A stretch of DNA of 64,000 nucleotides from a bacterium (Candidatus Blackallbacteria) CG13_big_fil_rev_8_21_14_2_50_49_14 (lineage in GTDB: Bacteria; Cyanobacteriota; Sericytochromatia; UBA7694): assembly GCA_002783405.1 (NCBI GenBank), contig PFGG01000011.1:5434-69433 (forward strand), in the 5' to 3' direction. The notes beneath the pieces are model-generated. The model ran no database searches, was not told where the DNA came from, and was given only the letters and a program-made list of their open reading frames with translations. A program made the position numbers and the translations under genes. Positions 54,347 to 63,595 of this stretch are shown here, piece after piece (the stretch's first letter is position 1; each line of letters starts with the position of its first letter).

Positions 54347-55249
54347 GTGCGTTATACACTTTTAGAATGTGTTCCCAATCTGAGCGAAGGCCGGAATCTA
54401 CCCGCCTTAAATGGCCTAACTCAAGAATTAAACCAGATCAAAGGGCTTTATTTACTCGATTTCTCTGCAGATGCAGATCATCACCGCTCAGTCTTCACCT
54501 TGGCAGGCTCCCCTGAAGCCATTGAGGCCGGTCTGAATCAAATCTATACCTGGAGCCTGAAGCATATCGATTTGCGCAGGCATCAAGGTGCTCACCCCAG
54601 AATTGGAGCCGTGGATGTGGCCCCCCTGATTCCCCTGCAAGGCATCAGCACTGAGGAAGCCGTTCAATTTTCACTTGGCCTGGCTCAAAACCTGGCCCAA
54701 CGCTTTCAAATACCCATTTTCCTGTATGAGTCCTCTGCGCTGCTCAAGCAGCGCACCAATCTCGCTGTTATTCGCAAGGGCCAATTTGAAGGCCTTGCCG
54801 AAAAAATGAAGCAGCCCGAATGGCAACCCGATTTCGGTCCTTCTGCCCCTCATCCCCGTTTAGGTGCAACCGCACTCGGCGTTCGCGAGTTTTTGATTGC
54901 CTATAATCTTTTTTTTGCGGGTCATCAACTTGAATCAGTCAAAGCCTTGGCCGCCAGCCTGCGCGAAAGCAGTGGCGGACTCAAGGCCGTAAAAGCGCTC
55001 GGCCTCTGGTTGCCCAGCCGCCAGCAATGTCAATTGTCGATCAATCTTACCGACTTTCGCCAAACCTCTTTAAAAACCCTGAGTTCAGAAATAAAGACAT
55101 CTACTCAAAGACTTAAGCTCAGCCCTTTACACGGTGAGCTGATTGGCTTGATACCCCGCGCGGCAAGTTGGCCTGGATTTGAAGCCTGTTTATTGCTCCA
55201 AGAAACACGCAACTTCATCTTAGAAGAAGCTTTAAAATCATGTCTTTAA
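54347..55249 (+). CDS. ftcD: Glutamate formimidoyltransferase (FtcD formiminotransferase domain)
   Basis: 'MRYTLLECVPNLSEGRN' is the canonical start of the FTCD_N domain. 300 aa. Confidence 0.8.
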   Translation: MRYTLLECVPNLSEGRNLPALNGLTQELNQIKGLYLLDFSADADHHRSVFTLAGSPEAIEAGLNQIYTWSLKHIDLRRHQGAHPRIGAVDVAPLIPLQGISTEEAVQFSLGLAQNLAQRFQIPIFLYESSALLKQRTNLAVIRKGQFEGLAEKMKQPEWQPDFGPSAPHPRLGATALGVREFLIAYNLFFAGHQLESVKALAASLRESSGGLKAVKALGLWLPSRQQCQLSINLTDFRQTSLKTLSSEIKTSTQRLKLSPLHGELIGLIPRAASWPGFEACLLLQETRNFILEEALKSCL

Positions 55250-55403
55250 AGATCCGTGATAAAGAGAGGATGACAAGTATCTTCTGGAATGCTATGATCA
55301 AACCATCATTTCGCTATGTTTTGACGAATGGAGGCCTCCCATCGAAGCCGCTTCCCTTTCACATATTATTCAGGAAACCCATACGCTTCCTTCCATTCCT
55401 GAA

Positions 55404-56213
55404 GTGGCAAACCGCTTACTTGAAATTCTTCAGGATCCTGAAGCGAGCACACCCGAAATCAGTACGCTGATTGAACGGGATCCCGCATTGAGTATCAAGG
55501 TGCTACAACTTGCCAACTCAGCCATGTTCGCTCCTGCCAGCCCTGTTCACTCAATTGAGAGAGCCATTGTCCTGCTCGGTTTCAACACCGTCCGCTTTTT
55601 AATTACGGGCGTAGCTGTTTTGCAAGTGGCACAGAAAATGCCTGCCAATGATATTCTGACACCCGAAAACTTTTGGAACTCAGCTTTTCGAGGCGCGGTG
55701 ATTGCAAAATACCTGGCTGAAATATTTAACTATAGCGAACCCAACGAAGCTTACTTGGCAGGCCTGATTCGAGAAATCGGCCAAATAGCTTTAATTCAGT
55801 GCATCTATGAAAAATATCTACAGGTGGTAGAAGCTGCCCGCCAGGCAAAGATACCGGTTGAACTCAAAGAAAAGGAAATCTTGGGTTTCACACATGCTGA
55901 CGTAGGGGCCTTGCTGGTCGTGAAATGGAATCTAGACGAAAACCTGGCCACGGCGATTGCAGCCTATCCCTTTCCCTCAGATTATCCAGATCTAGAGAAA
56001 AAATTTCTTACCGCCTTGCTTTCCTTAGCAGATAAATTGGCCAAGCTGGACAAACCTGAGCTAGAAGATTTTGAAACCTTGCTCAATTCATTGGATCGTC
56101 TTGTTCTCCAGGAGCTTGAAAAGTGTGAAGCCTTCGATTTAAATCCCAGTAGCCTCGAAAATGCCTGGAAAGAGATTTTACCGTTGATAGAAAGCGGAAA
56201 CCCTTTCGCCTAA
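55404..56213 (+). CDS. HDOD-domain signalling protein
   Basis: 'ANRLLEILQDPEASTPEISTLIERDPALSIKVLQLANSAMF' is an HDOD signature. The GTG start is uncertain because the frame stays open upstream to 55263. Confidence 0.65.
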   Translation: MANRLLEILQDPEASTPEISTLIERDPALSIKVLQLANSAMFAPASPVHSIERAIVLLGFNTVRFLITGVAVLQVAQKMPANDILTPENFWNSAFRGAVIAKYLAEIFNYSEPNEAYLAGLIREIGQIALIQCIYEKYLQVVEAARQAKIPVELKEKEILGFTHADVGALLVVKWNLDENLATAIAAYPFPSDYPDLEKKFLTALLSLADKLAKLDKPELEDFETLLNSLDRLVLQELEKCEAFDLNPSSLENAWKEILPLIESGNPFA

Positions 56214-56381
56214 AGTGTCTTAAGGCAAAATTAACCACATAAAAATAAAGTCTATACTTTATTTTCTCTTGGGACTTGGTTTTGATCCCGAGAGAGGTAT
56301 GGTATATTGTGTAGAGATTGTAGAAACACACAAATCCTAAAACAACCAAAAAACATACTCTGAAAGGAATATAGAAAGAAA

Positions 56382-56633
56382 ATGGCAGCAGATCCCTCCA
56401 TTCTGTCCTCTTCTGTTCTTGCCGCAGGTGCTGCAGTGGGTCTTGCCGGTATCGGAGCCGGTATCGGTATGGGCATTTCCACCAGTAAAGCCTTTGAAGG
56501 TATGGCCCGCCAGCCTGATGCAGAACCCCAGATTGCCCGTAACATGATTCTCGCCATGGCCTTCATGGAAGCTATCGCTATTTACGGTCTTGTTGTCGCC
56601 TTGATTCTCCTCTTTGCCAATCCCTTTAAGTGA
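56382..56633 (+). CDS. atpE: F-type ATP synthase subunit c (orphan, no other atp genes adjacent)
   Basis: '[13 protein letters not shown]...[41 protein letters not shown]' with the essential carboxylate in 'FMEA'. 83 aa. Confidence 0.85.
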   Translation: MAADPSILSSSVLAAGAAVGLAGIGAGIGMGISTSKAFEGMARQPDAEPQIARNMILAMAFMEAIAIYGLVVALILLFANPFK

Positions 56634-56743
56634 AGCACAAAGAGTGCAGCATGATGGCAGGAGAGCAAAACCTGATTCAGGTTGGGTTTAATTAACCCAG
56701 GTAACCCTCGCCAGAGCAACAACTGCATTAAACAAAGCATAAA

Positions 56744-56772
56744 GCCAGCTGAAATTCAGCTGGCTTTTCTTT
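56744..56772. terminator. Palindromic hairpin GCCAGCTG-AAATT-CAGCTGGC followed by TTTTCTTT
   Basis: Read directly. It sits between atpE (+) and the convergent lipoprotein gene (-). Confidence 0.55.
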
Positions 56773-56837
56773 AGGGTGAAACTTGATCTATGTAAAACAA
56801 ACGCTGATGCGTTAGCAAACAAAAGAATTTCCAGAAT

Positions 56838-57473
56838 TTATCTGCGGGTTTCCAAAACCTGACCATTCATGGCATCAAAATTCAATTCTGGCATTGGGCT
56901 CAGTTGGGGAATTTTCCAAACCAAACGGTGATCCTGATTCATGCTCAAGACCATTTTGGGAACAGGGTAGGGGATCATTTCTGTCACACGCCGTGCTTTC
57001 TGAAGCATCAATGAGCTATCCAGACTCCAGGCTCTGACTTCAAGTGGTTCCAAAGCACTCAAGGTACTCTGTTTCAGTTCTTGGGCTGCTAATTTTGTAG
57101 TTTCACTGCGTGAAACCACTTGAAAGACCTTGCCTGGCTTTTGGGCCGAAACAAAGGCAAAACTCCAAACCGCATCGATTGGCGCATCATTCAGCCCATT
57201 TGAGGATATAAAACGCCCTTCCAAATAAACGGGCTCGGCATGGGCTGACCAACGCTGAGCCATGATTTCAGCCTGGGCATAAACTTCTTTGGCCGTGCCA
57301 ATCGTAGGACGGGTCGCCTGCTTGCGCGACAAGACCTGTACACGTGCATTTTCAGTCGTTTGAACAAGGGGCATAGGCACTTGAGAACAGGCACTCAAGC
57401 CCAATAGGCTCAAGACAGCCAAAATCGAAAGGGCTGATTTCAAATTTTGGGGGTTATGAAACGGCATGGGCAC
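56838..57473 (-). CDS. Hypothetical lipoprotein
   Basis: Signal peptide with lipobox 'LLGLSAC'. Confidence 0.5.
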   Translation of the reverse strand: MPMPFHNPQNLKSALSILAVLSLLGLSACSQVPMPLVQTTENARVQVLSRKQATRPTIGTAKEVYAQAEIMAQRWSAHAEPVYLEGRFISSNGLNDAPIDAVWSFAFVSAQKPGKVFQVVSRSETTKLAAQELKQSTLSALEPLEVRAWSLDSSLMLQKARRVTEMIPYPVPKMVLSMNQDHRLVWKIPQLSPMPELNFDAMNGQVLETRR

Positions 57474-57719
57474 TCCTCAAGCTACGCTTATTCAAACTGT
57501 ATAAATTTATTATGCCCTAAAGATATTAAATAAAGAATATCTTTAATTTAAAACCGATTGAAGTTTACGATAAGTCACACAGTCATCTCCCTTACCATTG
57601 CGAAAAAGAAACCCATCAGGCCAATTCCAGAACACATCCCGATCAGAAAAGGTCGCTCAATCCGATAAAATCGAGGTTGAATTCTTTGTTAAAATGAATC
57701 CAGAAGGTCGCTGCAGATA

Positions 57720-59027
57720 ATGAAACTTTGGACTGAAATTCTGTTGGTTTTGCTTTTGATCCTGATCAACGGCTTTTTCTCAATGTCAGAATTGGCTGTC
57801 CTTTCCGCAAGGCGCAGCATTTTACAAAAATCCGCCGATAAAGGCAGCCTCGCAGCAAAAACTGCGCTTCATTTTATTCAGGATTCACGGCCATTTCTCG
57901 CATCAATTCAAATTGGAATCACTGCAATTGGTATTCTGGCGGGTGTGTTCAGCGGGGCCACCCTGACCCAAGAACTTGAAAAACAACTGAATCAAATCAG
58001 CTTGCTCTCTCACTACAGTCAGCCGCTGGCCATGTTTCTGATCGTTCTGGCAATCACCTATTTCAGCTTGGTCTTGGGGGAACTGGTTCCCAAACAGTTG
58101 GGGCTCAGACATGCCGAAAAAATTTCTAAATTTGTTGCACTGCCCGTCAAAATCTTGGCCTGGGGATTCAGCCCCTTGGTTCAATTTCTCAACTTTTCGA
58201 CCGATCGCGTCTTAAAACTCTTCAGACAAACAGGCCCCATACCGAGCAAAATCAGCGAAGAAGAAATTGTCTTGATGTTAGAAGAGGGAAAACACTTTGG
58301 CATTTTTTCATCAGAAGCACATCATTTGGTCGAAAGAGCCCTGGATCTGGGGCACGCCTCTTTGGCAGAACTCATGACACCCCGTCGCGAAATGATCTCT
58401 CTGCGCCTTGATCTACCTCCATCCGAACTAAAAAAAAAGGTCTTCGAAAGTCTCCACAGTGCTTACCCTGTGTTTGAAAGCCAAGGGGAAAATGTTTTGG
58501 GTATTGTCCTGTTCAAGCAAATCTTACCTCTTTTGCTTTCAGACAAAGCATGGGAACTTCAGCACTATCTTCAGAAACCCCTATTTTTACACGCCCATTT
58601 AGACACCTATCAAACACTCGAAAAATTCAGACACCATCAGGCCCATACAGCTTTGGTTTTTGATGATTATGGCGAAGTACAGGGCATTGTTTCGCTCTCA
58701 GATATCCTGCAAGCCTGGGTACATCATGCCGGAGAAAGGCATTTCCCCTTGATTGAACGCTTACAAGAGGGCTTTTTTCAGGTTCAAGCCACGATTTCAC
58801 TGGATGCTTTTGGTGAGTATTTTGGTTTAGAGAAAGAATTACAGGCTTTACCAAGCTCAATTCACAGTTTAGCGGGACTGGTTCTTTATCTTTCTGGAAA
58901 AATCCCAGAAAAAGGAGAGATCTTCACATGGAAAGGCTTGGAGTTCCTCATTTTAGAAATGAAGGGCCCGCGCTTGGATTTGATCCGGATCCAGGATCTC
59001 AGGTTACATGCCCACCGAGCGAAATGA
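57720..59027 (+). CDS. CNNM/HlyC/CorC-family membrane protein (DUF21 + CBS pair + CorC_HlyC)
   Basis: N-terminal 4-TM DUF21 'LILINGFFSMSELAVLSARR', a central CBS pair and a C-terminal transporter-associated domain. Confidence 0.8.
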   Translation: MKLWTEILLVLLLILINGFFSMSELAVLSARRSILQKSADKGSLAAKTALHFIQDSRPFLASIQIGITAIGILAGVFSGATLTQELEKQLNQISLLSHYSQPLAMFLIVLAITYFSLVLGELVPKQLGLRHAEKISKFVALPVKILAWGFSPLVQFLNFSTDRVLKLFRQTGPIPSKISEEEIVLMLEEGKHFGIFSSEAHHLVERALDLGHASLAELMTPRREMISLRLDLPPSELKKKVFESLHSAYPVFESQGENVLGIVLFKQILPLLLSDKAWELQHYLQKPLFLHAHLDTYQTLEKFRHHQAHTALVFDDYGEVQGIVSLSDILQAWVHHAGERHFPLIERLQEGFFQVQATISLDAFGEYFGLEKELQALPSSIHSLAGLVLYLSGKIPEKGEIFTWKGLEFLILEMKGPRLDLIRIQDLRLHAHRAK

Positions 59028-59131
59028 ATCAACTGTGGTCAAACCTGGGCCTGTGCTAAAATGTGTGGGATATCCAAAAGAGACACAGTTTTCTTTGATG
59101 CATACTTAGAGACAAGAGGCCCTGCGCAACC

Positions 59132-60727
59132 ATGCCGAAAATCATTATCGACTCGGTCGAATACGAAGTCGAAGCCGGACAAAATCTGATTCAGGCCGCC
59201 GCCTCAGTGGGCATTACCATTCCACATTATTGTTACCACCCCGGTCTGAGTGTTTCAGGCAATTGCAGAATGTGTCTGGTAGAAGTCAAAGGTCCACGTG
59301 GCGTGATGCCCCAAATTGCCTGTAGCACCCCTGTCAGTGAAGGGCTTGAAGTCATGACCACCACTGATACCGTCAAAAAAATGCGCCAAGGGGTCATGGA
59401 GTTTTTACTCCTGAACCACCCCATTGATTGCCCGATTTGCGATCAGGCAGGAGAATGCGGTCTGCAGGACTACTATATGGACTATGGCCTGTATACCAAC
59501 CGCTCCACAGTTCCCAAAGTCAAAAAGAATAAAGTGGTCGATGTCGGCCCCCTGGTCATGCTCGATCAAGAGCGTTGTATCCTCTGCTCACGCTGTGTTC
59601 GATTCTGTAAAGAAATTACCCATAGCGATGAACTGGTGATTACTGGGCGTGGTGAAAAATGCAGAATAGATACCTTCCCAGGCAAAAAACTCGACAATCC
59701 CTATTCAGCCAATGTCGTGGATATTTGTCCTGTGGGAGCACTGACCAGCAAAGATTTTCGATTTAAAAAACGCGTCTGGTTTCTCAACAGCACAAAGTCT
59801 ATCTGCACGGGCTGCGCGCGCGGATGCAATATTCAATTGGATCATGAAAAAGGCAGCATTTACCGTTACCGCCCGCGCACCAATCCAGAAGTCAATGCCT
59901 ATTGGCTCTGCGACGAAGGACGCCTGAGCTATAAATCCTTAAACGAAAACCGACTGCAAAATGCACTGATTCATGGCGAAGCCCACCCCCTTGAAACAGT
60001 CCTTGAGCGCGCTCAAGAAGCCATCGGGCACGCCTTGCAAAAATACGGTGAAAAAGCAGTAGCTGGCCTGGCCAGTCCACAAGCCAGCCTTGAAGACAAT
60101 TTCTGCTTAAAGGCTTTGCTCAGCAAACTCAGCGATACCCCCCAAATTTGGGGGCCCAGTTTTGAAAAATTAGGCGAGGGAGATGATTTCCTACGTCATC
60201 CCGACAAAACGCCGAATCAGGAAGGGATTAAATTCTTAGGGATCGATACGGATTATGAGGCCCTGAAAACTGCACTGATGCGCACGGAGATCAAGCTGCT
60301 GATCATTCTCGACAATCACTGTCAAAACAATGATTTTGAACATTTGCTTCAAGAGCAACGCCCAACCTTGATTTATCTGGGTTCACACCGTACCCAACTG
60401 GCAGAAAAAGCAGATTTCAGTCTGCCCATCACCAGCCATGCTGAACACTATGGCAGCTATATCAACTGTGAGCAGCGCCTGCAGAAAGTTTATCGGGCCC
60501 TGCTACCGGTTGCCGAGGTACAAACAGGTTGGCAGAGCCTGAGCCAACTTTTCATGAAAGTCAACAAAAGCCCAGCGTATCAGGATCTGGAAGAGATTTG
60601 GAAAGATCTGGCCTCTCAATATGAAGCCCTGAAGGGTCTGAGTTTTTATGAACTCCCGGATGAAGGCCTGTCTCTCAAGCCCACACCTGTCGAAGCTCAA
60701 GTAGAGGAGGTCGCACTCCATGATTGA
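59132..60727 (+). CDS. nuoG: NADH-quinone oxidoreductase subunit G-like Fe-S protein (short form, 531 aa)
   Basis: 2Fe-2S 'CYHPGLSVSGNCRMCLVEV', His-ligated 4Fe-4S 'HPIDCPICDQAGEC', 4Fe-4S 'CILCSRCVRFC' and 'CTGCARGC'. The C-terminal molybdopterin-like domain is truncated. Confidence 0.75.
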   Translation: MPKIIIDSVEYEVEAGQNLIQAAASVGITIPHYCYHPGLSVSGNCRMCLVEVKGPRGVMPQIACSTPVSEGLEVMTTTDTVKKMRQGVMEFLLLNHPIDCPICDQAGECGLQDYYMDYGLYTNRSTVPKVKKNKVVDVGPLVMLDQERCILCSRCVRFCKEITHSDELVITGRGEKCRIDTFPGKKLDNPYSANVVDICPVGALTSKDFRFKKRVWFLNSTKSICTGCARGCNIQLDHEKGSIYRYRPRTNPEVNAYWLCDEGRLSYKSLNENRLQNALIHGEAHPLETVLERAQEAIGHALQKYGEKAVAGLASPQASLEDNFCLKALLSKLSDTPQIWGPSFEKLGEGDDFLRHPDKTPNQEGIKFLGIDTDYEALKTALMRTEIKLLIILDNHCQNNDFEHLLQEQRPTLIYLGSHRTQLAEKADFSLPITSHAEHYGSYINCEQRLQKVYRALLPVAEVQTGWQSLSQLFMKVNKSPAYQDLEEIWKDLASQYEALKGLSFYELPDEGLSLKPTPVEAQVEEVALHD

Positions 60728-62024
60728 TCCCATCATGGCACTGGTCATTTTTATCAAAGCACTTTTTGTCTTGTTGTTTGGTTTATCGATGGTTCCTCTC
60801 TTGGTCTGGCTGGAGCGTAAAGTTTCTGCTCTGATGCAGGATCGAATTGGCCCCAACCGAGCCGCGATCGGCTTTATCCGTTTGGGGGGCTTAATTCACC
60901 TGATCGCCGACTCACTCAAAATGCTCTCAAAAGAGCAAATCATTCCCAAAGGCGTTCATTTTTTTCACTATATGCTCGCCCCTGTCGTGATTGCGACTGT
61001 GGCATTGGTTATTCTGCCCATCGTTCCTTTCGCCGACGTGCTGAAAATCGGGGGCAGAGAAATTCCCATGCAGGTTTTGAATATTGACGCGGGCCTGCTC
61101 TGGTATTTCGCCATGACCTCCTTGATGGTCTATGGGGTGGTATTGGCAGGTTGGTCTTCAAATAACAAATTTTCTCTGCTGGGGGGAATGCGTTCCAGCG
61201 CGCAGCTCATCAGTTATGAGCTGCCCTTGGGTCTGTCTGTGATCGGGATTGTGATGTTAACCGGCACGGTTCATCTCAATGAAATCGTTCGCCAACAGGG
61301 AGACCTTCTGTTTGGCTTTATTCCCAAATGGGGAATTCTGCTCCAACCCTTGGCTGCAATCGTGTTTGTGGTCTGTGCTTTTGCAGAGACCAACCGCGCT
61401 CCCTTTGATCTGGCAGAAGGAGAATCTGAACTGGTAGGCGGGTTTCACACCGAATACAGTGGCATGCTCTTCGGCACCTTTTTTATGGCCGAATATGTCG
61501 CCATGGTCGTCGCCTCATCCATGATCGTGACCTTGTTTTTAGGCGGCTGGCAAATTCCCTTTATGAACACCGCCTTTTTAATTGAGAAAGCAGCACTGCT
61601 CACCCAGGTTTCTTTGGCGGGTGGGGCTGTCGTCTTGCTGGGACTCGCCGTCTATTTATTCCGCTATTACCAAAAACACAGCCATCGCTTCGGCGATCTG
61701 CGCGATAAAGAGGCTTTGATTTTTTCAGGTCTTTTGGGTTTGGCGGCCTTGGGTTCACTGGGGCTTTTGGCCCTGATTCTGGCCCTCGGTTTTCCCCAGG
61801 AGTGGGCTGGCCCCCTCTTTGCTGCACTGGCGCAAATGGGAATGTTTATTGGCAAACTGATGTTTGTTCTGATTATGTTTATCTGGGTGCGCTGGACACT
61901 GCCGCGCTTCCGCTACGACCAGCTGATGTTTCTGGGCTGGAAATCCTTACTCCCTCTCGCCTTGGCAAATATTTTTCTGACAGGCCTGGGAGTCGCACTG
62001 ACTGGAGGACTCTCAGGAGGCTAG
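60720..62024 (+). CDS. nuoH: NADH-quinone oxidoreductase subunit H with a ~100-aa internal insertion
   Basis: 'LVWLERKVSALMQDRIGPNR' and C-terminal 'RWTLPRFRYDQLMFLGWKSLLPLALANI'. 434 aa against the usual ~330-370. Confidence 0.85.
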   Translation: MIDPIMALVIFIKALFVLLFGLSMVPLLVWLERKVSALMQDRIGPNRAAIGFIRLGGLIHLIADSLKMLSKEQIIPKGVHFFHYMLAPVVIATVALVILPIVPFADVLKIGGREIPMQVLNIDAGLLWYFAMTSLMVYGVVLAGWSSNNKFSLLGGMRSSAQLISYELPLGLSVIGIVMLTGTVHLNEIVRQQGDLLFGFIPKWGILLQPLAAIVFVVCAFAETNRAPFDLAEGESELVGGFHTEYSGMLFGTFFMAEYVAMVVASSMIVTLFLGGWQIPFMNTAFLIEKAALLTQVSLAGGAVVLLGLAVYLFRYYQKHSHRFGDLRDKEALIFSGLLGLAALGSLGLLALILALGFPQEWAGPLFAALAQMGMFIGKLMFVLIMFIWVRWTLPRFRYDQLMFLGWKSLLPLALANIFLTGLGVALTGGLSGG

Positions 62025-62025
62025 C

Positions 62026-62571
62026 ATGAAAGACGTACCGATCAAAAAAATACCCCGTGAAAAACTGAGTTTTTGGGAAGAAACCTATCTTCTGCCGATC
62101 TTCAAAGGCATGTTTCTGACCATGAGCCATTTGGTGAATAATGTTTTGCATGCGGATCAAATGCCTGTGGTCGATTATCCACTGGAACAGAAAACCATGC
62201 CCAAGGGCTATCGCGGCAAACACCGCTTAACCCAAAGAGATGACGGCAGCGTCAAATGCGTGGCCTGTATGATGTGTGCAACAGTTTGTCCGGCACTGTG
62301 TATCCATATTGAAGCCGAGCAGCATGAAAACCCTGCGATCGAAAAATATCCAAAAGTTTTTGAGATTGATCTCTTGCGCTGCGTCTATTGTGGTTATTGC
62401 GTAGAAGCCTGTCCCTGCGATGCCATCCGCATGGATTCAGGTGTTTATACGATTTTCGCAAGCAAACGGGAAGATTTCGTGATCCACAAAGAACAATTAT
62501 TGCAAATGAGTCCTCAGTACCCTGAAGATGCCCGCCCCAAACAAGGCATGCCTCCGCTGACTGAATCATGA
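62026..62571 (+). CDS. nuoI: NADH-quinone oxidoreductase subunit I (2x4Fe-4S ferredoxin)
   Basis: 'CVACMMCATVCP' and 'CVYCGYCVEACP'. Confidence 0.85.
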   Translation: MKDVPIKKIPREKLSFWEETYLLPIFKGMFLTMSHLVNNVLHADQMPVVDYPLEQKTMPKGYRGKHRLTQRDDGSVKCVACMMCATVCPALCIHIEAEQHENPAIEKYPKVFEIDLLRCVYCGYCVEACPCDAIRMDSGVYTIFASKREDFVIHKEQLLQMSPQYPEDARPKQGMPPLTES

Positions 62572-63224
62572 AAAAATTTCGGACCACCCACGAAAGAAAA
62601 CAAGTCCAGGAAGAAGAACTGGGGCTTCTCTTGGGCGACAAAAACCTCTTGCGCAATACCTTCAGGCATTATATTCACCTGCCTTTGGGCCTGCTCGTTT
62701 CAATCTTAATGCTGGCAGCGTCCCGATTAGCAGACAGACCTTGGCTGGCAGAAGAAAATCTGCTTTTTGCTTTTCAAGGGATTTCTGCCATCGCTTTCTT
62801 TTTCAGTTTTCAAGCTTGGACAGCTTATCGCAACCACAAACTGCAATTGCGGCATACCCTCAATCGCTATATTGGTTCAGGTGTTTATCCCGCGCTGTTT
62901 GGCGGGCTGTTTCTTTACCTCTGTCTGCCCATGGGTCTCTACACTCTCGCCGGAGGATTTCTGATCCTGACGCTATGTCTGGCTTACAGCGCAGGCAAAG
63001 CCCCTTTGCAACATCTGGGCCTGATGCGCTACCAAACGCTGACCCTCTTGATTCTGGCTCTCTGTTGGCTACCTCTTTTGGCTCCTTCAGGCCAACCCAC
63101 CCCACAGGCAGCTCTCTTTCTGCTGATTTGTGCAGGCATCTTGGGGGTTGTCAATCAAACCTATCACGCCCTCTTGCATACGGGTGGAATTACCGCCGAG
63201 CAAATTGCCCAGGATCATCATTGA
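62568..63224 (+). CDS. Hypothetical membrane protein in the position expected for nuoJ/ndhG but not NuoJ-like
   Basis: About 5 TM helices. Overlaps the nuoI stop by 4 nt. No NuoJ motifs recognised. Confidence 0.4.
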   Translation: MKKFRTTHERKQVQEEELGLLLGDKNLLRNTFRHYIHLPLGLLVSILMLAASRLADRPWLAEENLLFAFQGISAIAFFFSFQAWTAYRNHKLQLRHTLNRYIGSGVYPALFGGLFLYLCLPMGLYTLAGGFLILTLCLAYSAGKAPLQHLGLMRYQTLTLLILALCWLPLLAPSGQPTPQAALFLLICAGILGVVNQTYHALLHTGGITAEQIAQDHH

Positions 63225-63331
63225 AGGAGTCATATACCCTTTCCTGAATCACTGAGGGTATACTAAAAAAAAGACGTCTTTGGGGCCCAGCCCCCTGAAA
63301 GCATATCGAACTTGAAGGAAGTGCTCTGACT

Positions 63332-63523
63332 ATGGATCTCAATCGCAAACTTTGGTCTATCTTTTTTACTGGTCTCGGGCTCGGATTGGGCCTTGGATTC
63401 AGTTTCGGACTCTTACAGGCTCCCGACAGTGGCGAGCGTACCCGCCGTAAATTTCAGAAAAAAGCTGAGCGCATCAAGGACAATATGGGAGAACAACTGC
63501 GTCATTTTAATTCACGCAACTGA
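63332..63523 (+). CDS. YtxH-like small membrane-associated protein
   Basis: 'GLGLGLGLGFSFGLLQAPDSGERTRRKFQKKAERIKD' matches the YtxH pattern (Gly-zipper TM followed by APxSGxETR). Confidence 0.5.
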   Translation: MDLNRKLWSIFFTGLGLGLGLGFSFGLLQAPDSGERTRRKFQKKAERIKDNMGEQLRHFNSRN

Positions 63524-63595
63524 GCCCTTTTTCCAAGCCGCTGATCTTTTTTTTTACAAGTGGCTGAATGGAAAAACAACTGTTGAGCCACAGAA

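Noticed and set aside
62568-63224. Calling the 218-aa membrane protein NuoJ on positional grounds
   Set aside because: No similarity to NuoJ/Nqo10/NdhG sequences that I can recall. It is left as hypothetical.
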